The position numbers were made by a program, and so were the translations under genes. Below the pieces are notes generated by a model, which had not been told where the DNA came from, did not search any database, and saw only the letters and a list, made by a program, of their open reading frames with translations. Of a stretch of 64,000 bases of DNA, positions 36,505 to 49,165 are shown piece by piece. Each line of letters starts with the position of its first letter. Positions within the stretch are counted from its first letter, which is position 1. The stretch is from Podarcis muralis (lineage: Eukaryota), in contig NC_135655.1 of assembly GCF_964188315.1 (NCBI RefSeq), positions 82,584,001 to 82,648,000 on the forward strand, given 5' to 3'.

Positions 36505-36755
36505 AAGTCCTCATTGGAATTAATGAGGTGACTTTCAAAGAGGATTAGACACATTCATGGAAGAGAGGGCTATTGATGGCTACTAGCCTACTAGTCTATA
36601 GCTATGCTCTGACTCCACAGTTAGATACAGCATTGCTTCTGAAAACCAGTTGCTGGAAACTACTCTTGTGCTTGACTCCTGCTTGGGAGTTTCCCTCCGG
36701 CATCTGGTTGACCACTGTAAATACAGAATGCTGGACTAGATGGGCCATTGTTCTT
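36505..36755 (+). mobile_element. Older CR1-family 3' fragment
   Basis: TTCAAAGAGGATTAGACACATTCATGGA-type ORF2 end and GCTGGACTAGATGG tail motif. Confidence 0.6.
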
Positions 36756-38610
36756 ATGTACACGCACAGAGCCAGTTCTCATCTTACTCTGAATGTGTGG
36801 AGGTTGAAGATGGAACCAGCAGATGTGGTCCCACTCCACCTCTACACAGACAGACTATGTGAGTTATGTTGACATTTGTAGCTTAGCCTATAATATAATA
36901 GTGGGTCTCCCCTTGGGATCCCAGTGAACCAAACTTGGGGTGATTTTGGAAATACCTCCATGGAATTATTATATATTGCACAACACAGTGGGGAAGAATC
37001 AGAGCTAGGAAGAGTGGAGCACAAACTTTGCTTTCAGGTCTCCAGTTCAATCCCTAGTTTGCCAAGTAGGACTAGGAAGGACCCCTGCTTGAGACAGTGC
37101 CAGTCTGAGTAAATCAGGAGTGGTGAACCTGCAATCCTCCAGATATTGTTCTATTATAATTCCCATCCGCTCCTGTCAGCATGTCAGATATTTTCTCTGT
37201 ATCTGGTGTATCTAATACTTCGTGCTTTTTTCTGGCGGTACACACCAGTACACATTACTGGCACTTTTTTTTCACCTCCTTCCCAAAACCCGGGAAGCTT
37301 CTGCCCAGAGCATTCTCTGGCAGGGTCTGAGAGCCCTCCCTTGTGTGGTGACTACAAGCACCTTTTCTTCTAGAAAAAAAAGTACTGAGACAAATGAAGC
37401 AAGGGCCTGATTCAGCAAATGACAGCTTCCTATATTCCACATTTTGCAAAGAAAATTACCATCTTGGTAACATTCAGTGACCAACATTTCTCTGAATCTG
37501 TGAAGATTTCATAGAGCATCAGTGCAATAGCCCTTGAGAATCAATTTTATCACTTTGTTTGGTGAACATTAGAAGGAATCAGGAGATTTGATCACAAGGG
37601 ATATTCCACATGAGAGAGGTCTCTAAGAGCCATTCTATCACTGTGAATGCTGCTTTAATATCAGAAATTTCAAGATCACTTCTACTACACTCTTGGTGTG
37701 GACACAAAATGGTTTCCAGAGATCCCTAGCAAATGAAAAGATTATACCACCAATATCCATGTTGTTTAAAATAATTCAGGAATGCCACAGAACAAAAGTG
37801 AGTCAATATTATATTTACTTATGAGCGATAATAAATGTTTTTTTGCAATGTGTAAACTGGGCACTACACATGAGAGGATCTGCATATCTCCCTCGCTTTA
37901 ATCTATTGCAGAAAATGTGCCCTAGAGTAGCACATCTAATACAGATTTGCAAATTGTGAAAAGCTGGACTGTATTGAGCAGAGGGGGAAATATTGAGCAG
38001 AGGGAAAGATTTTCGCAAACTTCTTTATGTCAGACAATTTTGATTAAACCTGGAAACAGGACACAGTTTGCAGCTTGCAAGAGAAGTGGCACAAACCTCA
38101 GTTATCCACAGTGCATAAAGCTTTTCACAGAATCAGAATTGTAGAGTTGGAAGGAACCAAAAGGTTCAGCTCTCTGCAATGCAGGAATCTTTAGTGAGAT
38201 ATAGATTCTCCTTGCAGGCTTCTACTTATATAGGAGAATAGCTGCTTTATACCAAATCAGATCGGTGGTGCATCTAATAGAAGAGTGATTCCTGAATCAT
38301 GAGGCAAAGGGGTGTAAAGCAGGATCTGTACACGGTGGCATAGGTTAAATTGGACAGCCCTGATGCATGCTGTGGTGCTTGAGGCATTTAAAAAATGCAG
38401 GCAAGTGTCTTCTGAAAGCAATAATGATGTCTCTAAGTATACCACAGTGCCATAATACTAGAGTGGGGCTGTGGAAGAAGGGAGATCATATGCCACTGTG
38501 GGAAGAGAGCAGAGAGGAAGCTCCACTATGACTGACATAGCTTGTAATGAGAGGAGATGGTTTTACCAGAAAAAAATCAATCCCTTTTAGTACTTTCCAC
38601 CCCAAACTCA

Positions 38611-38973
38611 GGGACGCGGGTGGCGCTGTGGGTAAAAGCCTCAGCGCCTAGGGCTTGCCGATCGGAAGGTCGGCGGTTCGAATCCCCGTGGCGAGGTGCG
38701 CTCCCGCTGCTCGGTCCCAGCGCCTGCCAACCTAGCAGTTCGAAAGCACCCCCGGGTGCAAGTAGATAAATAGGGACCGCTTACTAGCGGGAAGGTAAAC
38801 GGCGTTTCCGTGTGCGGCTCTGGCTCGCCAGAGCAGCTTTGTCACGCTGGCCACGTGACCCGGAAGTGTCTGCGGACAGCGCTGGCCCACGGCCTCTTGA
38901 GTGAGATGGGCGCACAACCCCAGAGTCTGTCAAGACTGGCCCGTACGGGCAGGGGTACCTTTACCTTTACCTT
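38611..38973 (+). mobile_element. Sauria-type SINE, full length, young
   Basis: tRNA-like head (TGGCGCTGTGG A box, GGTTCGAATCC B box), (ACCTTT)n tail, perfect 12-bp TSD ACCCCAAACTCA, CpGs retained. Confidence 0.92.
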
Positions 38974-39380
38974 ACCCCAAACTCACATTTAAGGGTACCT
39001 AGCACTGTAGCTATCCTTTTGAAATTTGACAGGATTCATGCCCGCAGAGCACTTTCCTTCAAACTTAATTTAGTTCTGCCCCCAATTTTTTTAAAAAAAG
39101 TTATAGACTTTGCCTGTAATCAGACAGGCTTCATTCACCATGAAGGGAGGCCCAAGTGCCTGCAAATTCTATCCACTTCTGTCTCATCCAGTCAACCTCA
39201 TGTCTACCTGCATTAGCATTGTGCTTTTCTTTGCCACCTCCGGTAGCAGCCAAAGAATTCTGCTCTCAGAGCTCCAGGCTGCAAGCATGCTTCCTTACCA
39301 ACTTAAACTTTTCCTGAATTACAGATCAGATTTCATCAGCAAAGTGGATACTATAAACAGATGATAGACATAGCAGAGAA

Positions 39381-40334
39381 ATGGATAGCAAAAACCATAC
39401 AAAGGTAAATGAGTTTGTCCTCTTGGGATTAGTGAACAGTCGTGAACTGAAGCCACTCTGCTTTATTGTGATATTAATTATGTATTTAGTCACCCTGACC
39501 GGGAATGTTGGGATGATCTTCCTAATCAGGATCGACCCTCAACTCCAGAAACCAATGTATTTCTTCCTCAGCCATTTGTCCTTCCTAGATTTTGGATATT
39601 CCTCAGCCATTGCCCCTAAAATGCTGGAGAATTTTTTAGCAGGGAAGAAAACCATTTCCTACAAAGGCTGCGCTGTGCAGATGTATTTTTTCGTCTTCTG
39701 TGCAAGCACCGAGTGCATCCTCCTGGCAGCAATGGCATATGACCGGTATGTGGCTATCTGCAATCCTCTGCTGTATATGGCTACTATGTCTCCCAATATG
39801 TGTTCTCTGATGGTGGCCGGATCCTACCTGGTTGGCTTCATGAATGCAATGACCCAAACGATTTCCACTTTCATGCTATCTTTTTGCGGCTCTGTCATCA
39901 ACCATTTCTTCTGTGATGTTCCCCCACTATTGGCGCTTTCCTGCACTGACACAAGCATCCATGAAATGGTTCTCTTTGTATTTGCCACAGTCCTGGGCAT
40001 ATTCACTTCAGTGGAAATTGTGGTGTCATACGCCTTCATCCTGTCTGCTATCCTGAGAATCCACTCAACAGAGGGGAAGCGAAAGGCTTTTTCAACATGC
40101 GCCTCACACCTGGTGGCTGTCACTGTCTTCTATGGAACAACGGTCTTCATGTATCTGCGGCCAAGTTCTAACTATGCCATGGATCAGGACAAATGGGTTT
40201 CTGTCTTCTACACTGTGGTGATTCCCATGCTCAACCCCTTGATCTACAGCCTGAGGAATAAAGAAGTGAAAAATGCCTTGAGAAGATTTCAAACACTGAA
40301 ATTATCTTTCAGGTGGAGCATGAGAAGCTTATAA
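39381..40334 (+). CDS. Olfactory receptor, OR5 group
   Basis: 317-aa ORF starting MDSKNHT with all canonical OR motifs. Confidence 0.95.
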   Translation: MDSKNHTKVNEFVLLGLVNSRELKPLCFIVILIMYLVTLTGNVGMIFLIRIDPQLQKPMYFFLSHLSFLDFGYSSAIAPKMLENFLAGKKTISYKGCAVQMYFFVFCASTECILLAAMAYDRYVAICNPLLYMATMSPNMCSLMVAGSYLVGFMNAMTQTISTFMLSFCGSVINHFFCDVPPLLALSCTDTSIHEMVLFVFATVLGIFTSVEIVVSYAFILSAILRIHSTEGKRKAFSTCASHLVAVTVFYGTTVFMYLRPSSNYAMDQDKWVSVFYTVVIPMLNPLIYSLRNKEVKNALRRFQTLKLSFRWSMRSL

Positions 40335-41086
40335 ATACTAAACTCTGACAAACTGAGCCATTTTATTGAAGTGTGTGATCTAATGCACTGTTAAGAGTGT
40401 TTAAGATATTGGGGGGATAGAAATAAGTAGTGCTAAATGCAGTGGCTTGTATGCAGGATTGTACCCAAAACACTCATGTGAATAAATTAACCTAGACAAA
40501 AATTACTATGTAGCACACTGTAGAATAAGTTATGATTCTGCAACTTCTGTAAAGATACGCATGACATGAAGAACTGGTCACCCTTGATTGCTTGAGCATC
40601 TGGGATTCACGAAGGAATGCTTGCTGGACACCTAACACACACAAAGAACACTGTCCTGACCAGCTGAAAATCTAGGTCTTACTTAATGGTTTTCATTTTT
40701 AGTGTCATAAAATTATAAAATCCAATAAAATGTTTTTTAAAACAAATCTGGTTCTTTCTGTACTGAAATATGACATGAATAAATCTAGGTTTGCCTTTCA
40801 TACTTTCTTTTAGGAAAATATATTTTAAAATATTACCAAAACCTGAACATTTGGGGGAAGAATGAGAAAAGCTCCCAACCTTATACATCATTATTTAGGG
40901 AAGTTTTTAATGTTTGATGTTTTATCATGTTTTTAATATTCTATTGGGAGTCACCCAGAGTGGCTGGGGAAAGCCAGCCAGTTGGGCAGGGTATAAATAA
41001 ATTAGTAGTAGTAGTACAGTAGTAGTCTGGTGATAGCACTTTGAAAGTCAGCCTTATCCTTAAAGCAATACTTGGTGGGTGTGTAT

Positions 41087-41121
<35 letters not shown>

Positions 41122-41261
41122 TGCTTATTGGTTTTAATTCAACACATTTGTCAGGGTGGGACAAATCTCTAGTCCAGCACATTCCCCCCCAAAAAATGAG
41201 AGGTGCTCAAATGGAGCAATTTAACTTGAGTACTGAGGCTGAGGTGAACTCCACTGCATAG

Positions 41262-41617
41262 AAGGTGAAGGTTAAGGTAAAGGGACCCCTGACCATTAGG
41301 TCCAGTCACGGATGACTCTGGGGTTGCAGCGCACGCTTTACTGGACAAGGGAGCTGGCATACAGCTTCCAGGTCATGTGGCCAGCATGACTAAGCCGCTT
41401 CTGGAGGACCAGAGCAGCACACAGAAACACCATTTACCTTCCCACCAGAGCCATACCTATTTATCTACTTGCAGTTTGACGTGCTTTCGAACTGCTAGGT
41501 TGGCAGGAACTGGGACCAAGAAACGGGAGCTCACCCCATCGCGGGGATTTGAACCGCCGACCTTCTGATCGGCAAGCCCTAGGCTCTGTGGTTTAACCCA
41601 CAGCGCCACCGGCCTCC
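41262..41617 (-). mobile_element. Sauria-type SINE
   Basis: Same family in reverse orientation. Confidence 0.9.
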
Positions 41618-43193
41618 AAAAACAAGCACAGACCTCACCCAGCCAGCAGAAGGTTGGAACATACTATCATCCTACATATGCAGTGTTGTCACACCCTTGG
41701 GGTGCTGTCCAATGAAGAAGTTCCATTTGCTCAAGGATTTCCATTGGCACCATAGAACTTTTTCTCCCTCTTCTCTCCCTGCATACCCTTATACTTCCCC
41801 CAAATCTCCTCCAGAGGGCTGGAGAACCCCCAGAGCTTATTTAGGGGATGGACATGGGAAGTGGAGAGAGAAGTTAAGATCCATTGCACAGCCAGAAGCC
41901 TTTGCAATAACAGAACTATTTTGTTGGTTGCCATCCTTTGATCTGGAACTGGCAGCAAGGAACACTGCATTTATCCAAATCATGGACTCAGGTCAAAATT
42001 GGCTTTATTGTACTATTTGCTGCTATGTTGGAATACATGACATGATATGAAATTACTAGTGCGCTCAGCGTTTGGTCAGAGTTTGAGCTCTGAGCTGCTT
42101 GAGATAGACTCGGCACCTGGAGAGGCGAAGCAGGAGCAACAGGAGGCGTAAGTTGCCCCTACTCGGGTGGATTTCCCGGGAGCAGAGGCTCAGCAGCGCA
42201 AAAAGGGGTTTCCCCACACTAGAACTGGACTTTAAGACACTTTAAAAAGAAGAAATTTAGGGGAGAACCTCAGCACAAAGGAGAGAGACTGCCCTCCGGT
42301 GCCTTCGCCTCCAGACCCCATGAGCTAGCGCTGGACTCTCCAGTAAGATATTGACACAAATTCAAGGAGCGTTCCCTCCCAATATATACAGTGAGAAAAG
42401 GGTTATTTAAGCCCCAACAATACATCAGAAACAAAAAAAGGGGGAACTAACAAACAGATAAAATTAAGGTGTTGCGAGTGGAATGCTAAAAGAGGGTCAT
42501 CCCTCACAACAGAAATTAACGCTGCAGAATCGGCAGTGCGGTAGAGATCTTGAGGGGCTTCTCTGCACTCCCAAAATAACACAGTCAACCCAAGAAGTGT
42601 CACTGGAGTTTGGAGCGGGGGAACAGTTTAGACCAGCTAAACAGACAACAGAAATAGGGAGAGCTCTTTGCCAGTGACTTGCAGAGATCTGGAGAGGTGA
42701 GGAGAAGGCTGGAAAAGTGAGTCAGCAGATTGAGTGGGGTGGGTGGTGGCCATTGCTGAAAGACTACACTGGAAAAGACTTCAATGAGCCGCTATAACAC
42801 CAGAGAAAGATAGAGTGAGGAACGGCAGGAAGAGCTACACAGCGGCCACTAGTGGAAGAAGAAAACATAACAGCCAAGAGACATAATACTCGAGAGTAGT
42901 AGGAAGAGCGACACAGCGGCCACTAGTGGAAGGAAAAGATATAACAGCCAAGAGGGAAAGTATATAGCCATACCCGCAATGCCAATACTTGCTTAGAGGA
43001 ACTGTAAAGCATAAACATCAGATACAAATAAAGGGAAAAATTAAAATTCCAAATATATCCAGCATAAAGATAAAATTAATTACCCATGAAAATTAGATCC
43101 AATTAAACTTCCCACAGGGGAACTCCCAATAGTTTTAATCTTTGGAAACTATATAGAATCCGAGCCAGAGAAGCGGAATCGAAACACAATTGA

Positions 43194-44215
43194 ATGCAAT
43201 CTCAAAATAACCAGCCATCCAAAAATATCCAAATACCCAAATGGGTTCAAAGAGAACGCAATCAACAATTGGCCAAACTTGAAATTGCCAGCCAGGCAAG
43301 GAGAACTTTGGTGGCGGAAGGTGAAGCAAGTATGGATGTAAAGGATTTGATTATTGTCATGCAGAAAGACTTAGGGGACAGAATAAACTCAGTATACGGA
43401 AACATAAAATCACTGGAAGAGAAAGTAGTAACTATGGGCAATAAAATTGAAAAAAACTCAGCTCTTATAATGGACCTTACACATCAAATGAACCAATTGA
43501 CAACGAAGAATAAAAAAATTGATAAGACAGTGCAAGAAGTGAAGGCAAAGGCATTGAAGCAAGAAGAAATAACCAAAAAGATGGCGGCTGAGCAAAAAGA
43601 ACTGAAAAAAATCCAAGACAAAAACAAGGGGGAAATAGAGGACCTAAGGAAGATGCAGGAGGAGATTTGGGATGAATTGGCAGTCCTTGAGTTGAGACAA
43701 AAAGAAATGATTCTCTGTCTGAGAGGAATACCAGAGAGCCAGGATGATGACATTTCGACAAAATTATTAAAAGTCCTGGCGGACTGGTTGGGGGTCCAGG
43801 AGAAGGACTTATCATAGATATTGATAAAATTTTCAGGATAAAACTACATAAATCTAAACCCAAAAAAGGACCAGGAGACTGCCTGGTCTTCTTGAACTCA
43901 AGACTTCTCAAAGAAAAAATATTATTGAAAAGTAGAAGTAATACCTTATGTATAGATGACAAAGTCATAGAAATAATGACCCACCTCCTGAAGAAAAGGG
44001 AAAACTACAAACCCCTGACAACTGCTCTAAAGAAAAACAAAATTTTATTTAGATGGGAATTCCCCAAAGGGCTAACATTTGCCTATAAAGGAAGACGCAA
44101 GACCTTCAGATCGGCAGAAGAAGCAGACTCTTTTTGTAAAAAAAACTGGAAGGACTTGGGGGGGAGAAACCACAAGAAGCCAAAGAAGCAAGATTGTAAC
44201 AGAACTGGAAAATAG
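43194..44215 (+). pseudogene. L1 ORF1 (premature stop at 43815)
   Basis: Lys/Glu-rich coiled coil followed by LCLRGIPE and FRWEFPKG motifs typical of squamate L1 ORF1. Confidence 0.8.
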
Positions 44216-44270
44216 GACTTTATTTTTAAACTTTAATTTTGAAAAAGTGATGTATGAACATTAAGACTTT

Positions 44271-47200
44271 ATGGCACTTAAATGCATTTCTTGGAACGTA
44301 AATGGGTTAAACAGTAAACTTAAAAGCCATAAAATAAATCACGTATTAAAGAGGAAAAAATGGGATATCATATGCCTGCAAGAGACCCATATCTCCAAAA
44401 GTCATACAAGGGTCTTACAGAATAGAAACCTGGGTCTAGAGTTTATTGCATCAGGAACAGAGAGAAAGAGGGGTGTTGTGATTTATGTTAAAGCAAGCCT
44501 AGACCCCCAATTACTTTTTGTGGCTCAAGAAGGTAGAACTGTAGGAGTGCGGATTAATATAGAAGGGGGGGAAATAATCATAATGGGCATATATGCCCTG
44601 AACAATAATAAATCAGAGTTTTTTAAGGAGCTGGGAAAGAAGTTATGGAACTATATTGGGGAGAATATTGTTCTTATGGGAGATTGGAATGGAGTGGTCT
44701 TGGTTGAATGGGATAGAACTTTTAGAGGGAAACGTACCAATGAAGGTAAACTACCCCTCTCCTTTTTCCAGATGGTGGACAATTTTGACCTCTATGACTA
44801 ATAGAGAATTAAACACCCTAATGGGAAAGATATTACACACTTCTTGGAAGCTAAAAAATCAGGGGGGAGGTTAGATGCTATTTGGATTTCTAAAGGGCTG
44901 ACCCTCTTCTTAGAAAAAGCAGAAATTCTGGGAAGGACTATATCAAATCATAATCCAGTAACAATACATATGGAAATTAAAAAGCAAACAAAGGGAAGGT
45001 GGAGGATGAACGATGAGATATGGAGAGACGAACAATGGGTGATGCAAGCAAAAAACAAGTTAGCGGAATTTTTCGAGATAAATGGGAAACAAAATACAGA
45101 TATAAATGTAGTTTGGGACGCAAGTAAAGTGTACATGAGGGGTCTTGGAATACAACAAATGGCTAGGCTGAAGAAGAAAAAAGACAATAACATCCACAAG
45201 CTAACTAAACAGATAAGAATTAATGAAAAAGAATTGACCAAAAATCCAAAAAGTCATGAAATATTACAAAAAATAAAGATATTGCAATCCCATATCTCCG
45301 GTATATTAAATAAGGAAGTAGAAAATAAAATTAAATGGGCAAAACAAAGGTATTTTGAGTCCGCCAATAAGCCCGGCAAGTTGTTAGTATGGATGATAAA
45401 GGAAAAGCAAACAAAAAAAAATATAAATAAAATTCTGGACCAAGGGGAGGAAATAACCGACCTAGTAAAAATAAAACTAAATTTTTTAAACTTTTATAAA
45501 GATTTGTATAAACAAGAACAATTAGATGTTAATAAAATGGAAGAGTATTTACAACAAAATAAATTACCAAGAATTGAAAAAGAAGTAGAGGCCCTAAACT
45601 CCAAAATAGAAATAGATGAAATAGCACAAGTAATAAAGAAAATGAAGAGTGGCAAATATCCAGGTCTTGACGTAATTACATTAATGTACTATAAGAAACT
45701 GGAAGATGTAATCCTCCCTATATTACATAGAATAATGAATAATATATTGGGAGGGAAAGATATACCACAATCATGGAAAGAAGCACTGATCACTCTAATC
45801 CCAAAACAGGGAGTGGAGTTGGCAGACATGAAAAATTATAGACCAATCTCCCTGTTGAATACAGATTATAAAATTTATACTGGAGTGATGGCTAATAGAC
45901 TAAAAAAGATTCTAAACAACTAATCAGCAGAGATCAGGCGGGTTTCTTACCGGATGGACATTTAAAAACAATATAAGAATAATAACTGACCTTTTGGAGT
46001 ATGTGGAAATGAAACCAAGTAAAAAGATGGCCATGTTATTGGTCGATGCAGAAAAGGCTTTTGATAGAGTATCATGGAATTTCCTATTGGAAACTTTTAA
46101 AGGTCTGGACATAGGAGGGGAAATAATTAATGGAATTAGGGTGATATATGAGAACCAAAAAGCAAAACTGCTAATAAATAACAAGATCACCGAAGAGTTC
46201 AGCATCGAAAGGGGGACAAGACAGGGGTGCCCTCTTTCCCCACTTCTCTTTATTGCCACCTTGGAACCACTTTTAATTGCAATAAGAAAGGATAAAAACA
46301 TAAGAGGAATTAACCTAGGAACTCGATATTATAAAATTAAAGCCTTTGCAGATGATGTAATCGTAACCATTGAAAACCCAGTAGAAAGTATCCAAAAAAC
46401 GCTTGCACAATTGGAAGAATATGGGAAGGTATCTGGGTTCAAACTGAATAAAGGAAAATCCAAATTATTAACGAAAAATTTACATAAGTCAGAACAAGAG
46501 GATTTGGAAAATACAACAGGTTTAAAGGTAGCCAATAAGGTAAATTTGGGGGGGGGGGGGGGTTGGATCACCAATAAGAATATAAACTTATATAAGGACA
46601 ATTATGAGAAGAAGTGGAAGGAAATAAAAAAAGAATTAGAGATCTGGGGAAAATTGAATTTGTCCCTGTGGGGGAAAATATCCACAGTTAAAATGATGGT
46701 TTTGCCAAAGATGATTTTTATGTTCCAAACAATACCTAAAATTAAAGGCATAAGGTGTTTTAAGGAATGGCAGAAAGACCTTGCCAAGTTTATTTGGCAA
46801 GGAAAAAAACCACGCATAAAATTTAAGCTACTAACAGAGTTGAAGGGGAAAGGAGGCTTTGCGGTCGCTGACCTTAAACTGTACTTTGAGGCAGCGAGCT
46901 GGACAAGGACTGGATATTAATTAAAAACACGGAAGTCCTAGATCTGGAGGGATGGGATATTGTGTACGGGTGGCATGGCTACACAGGCCATGACAAGGTT
47001 AAATCCCACAAAGGATTTTTAAATCATATTGTGAGAAGGGCATTACCGTATTTTTCGCTCTATAACACGCACCAGACCATAACACGCACATAGTTTTTAG
47101 AGGAGGAAAACAAGAAAAAAAATATTCTAAATGAAACAGTGGATGTATGATTTTTGTGGTTCATGCTGTGGCCACAGACATGTGATCTGACAGTGAGTTT

Positions 47201-49165
47201 GGAGTAGCCCAATGCAAAAATCCTGAGGATCCATGTGGATCCATGCTTTGTAACCACGTTTTTGCACCACTGCGACCCTAGGCAACAGTGGGTGCGTGAT
47301 TTTTTTGGTGCAGGCTGTAGCCATGGACATGCTATGTTATCCGATGGTGAATTTGGGGTGACCCAATGCAAAGATCCTGTGGATCCATGCTTATAAAAGT
47401 CCCTATTAAGGATAAAACAGACAGGATATACGAAGTATGATTTCTTTTTTATTTACGGTATTTCTTTTTTGGCCACCTCTGTCACTGCAACCTTTGCTCT
47501 GTGCTTGCACACTTTTGGGCAATAGGGCATGTAACACACTTTTTTTCATCTGCCAAGATGTAGAAAATCAATTTTAATGTCCCTATATAAAATGCCTAGT
47601 GAAGCAGAAGGGTATTACATCAGCCACTGTATTAAGGCTAAACGTTTGAAGAACAGCTCTCTAGGGGGGGGGGACTAAATTCCATTTTCAATCAATTGTT
47701 ATTGTGGCAGCAATTATCAGTGTATAGCGCACAATGAGGAAATGAACTTTAAAAAATATATATAAAAAACATTCTCACGTTATACTTCTTCAAAGAAGAG
47801 TATTAGGCTTTTAATGAAGGGGAGAGGAGAGATGCTGTAATCCTCCTGGCTCAGGAGATTCTGATTTACCTGCCGCGTTAGAAAGTATAGATTAAGATAT
47901 TTGATATACAGCATATAAATCCAGAGATTTCCATGTCTCACTCTGCAATCCAGCCTGCTGTTACTTACGAGCAGGGAAGCAGGGTTTCTCTTCCAAACAA
48001 GCATACTGTCTCCCTCCAGCAGTACATTGCTTGGAGAAGCTGTAATTTGGAGGGGGCCTGGGGGCAGGGCTCTCTGCTTTTGGAAAAGAAATGAGAAACC
48101 TACCATTGTAAAGCAAAAGTCCCCTCCACCCCACCCAAGCCAGCCCTCTCTCTCTCTCTCTCTCTCTCTCCCACTTGCGTGTTTTTCGGCTGCCTGCGAG
48201 TCCCTAGAGCACGGAGAGGAGGAGGTGGTGGGCTGGAGCCTGCACGGAAGGACTTGATCATTTCCTTAACCCTCTGCTTGCCAGGAGGGCAGGGGATTCC
48301 CTGCTCTTTGTTGAGTTTGAGCAAACGCAGCAACAGAAGCTGGTGGGCAGTAAGACCCTGAGGCAGAATGCAGGAAAGGAACAGCTTCCGCCTTCCCTCC
48401 GCCCGCCCGCCGCCCGATCTTATTTTTGCCTTATTTTTGCCTATTTTGCCCCTTAGCTCCGGAGAGTCAGCTCCAGGGACCACACATTCGCTCAATAACA
48501 CGCACAGACATTTCACCTTACTTTTTAGGAGAAAAAATCTGCGTGTTATAGAACGAAATTTACGGTATATGAAGTATGGGAGAGAAGTAAAAAATCAATA
48601 GTAACCAAAACACCATGGTGGCTGTCACCAATGGAATCTATGTTGGTTCACAGGATAAATATGAACAGCGATTGGTTAACATATAAGGATTTAGTAGAGG
48701 AAATAAGTAGTGATCCAAAAAATAAAGGACCTAAGCGAACTGAAACAGAAGAGCCTGGCTGGAGTACTATCAACTAAAATCCGCCCTTGAAAAGGATAAA
48801 AGAACCAAAGGATTTGACAAAAAATATCCTATCTGGAGAAGGATATTTTATATAATAATCAAAAGACACTTTCAAAAATGTACAAACTACTTTTGAATTG
48901 GCAAAGAAAGGAGGAGGATATCAAAGAAATTACAGTAAAATGGGAGAGGGACCTGGGACATACGACCAAACCCAATATTTGGAATGAATTATGGACTAAA
49001 TATATAAAATTCACGGCTTGCTTCCTTATAAGGGAAAATCTTATGAAAATGTACTATAGGTGGCACCTGACCCCTGTAAAACTTGCAAAAATAAATAAAT
49101 CAAACAATAACAAGTGCTGGCGATGTAAGGAACAGAAAGGAACATACTACCAAATATGGTGGTCC
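44271..49165 (+). pseudogene. L1 ORF2 (APE-RT), broken
   Basis: Fragments 44271-44801, 44844-45923, 45994-46920 and 48878-49165. The reading VRRAL|YEVW is rejoined across the TcMar insertion. Confidence 0.88.
47046..48565. mobile_element. Non-autonomous Tc1/mariner (Tigger/pogo-like) element inserted in L1 ORF2
   Basis: TIRs CCGTATTTTTCGCTCTATAACACGC and GCGTGTTATAGAACGAAATTTACGG. TA duplication at 47044-45 and 48566-67. Confidence 0.85.

Larger units (their letters stand above)
42060..49165 (+). mobile_element. Decayed near-full-length L1-clade LINE (5'UTR, ORF1, ORF2), 3'-truncated and interrupted by a TcMar element
   Basis: GC-rich 5' region, coiled-coil ORF1, APE endonuclease (SWNVNG, LQETH, GDWN), RT (GTRQGCPLSP, FADD) and C-terminal CWRC knuckle. 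Several stops and frameshifts. The 5' boundary is approximate. Confidence 0.9.
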
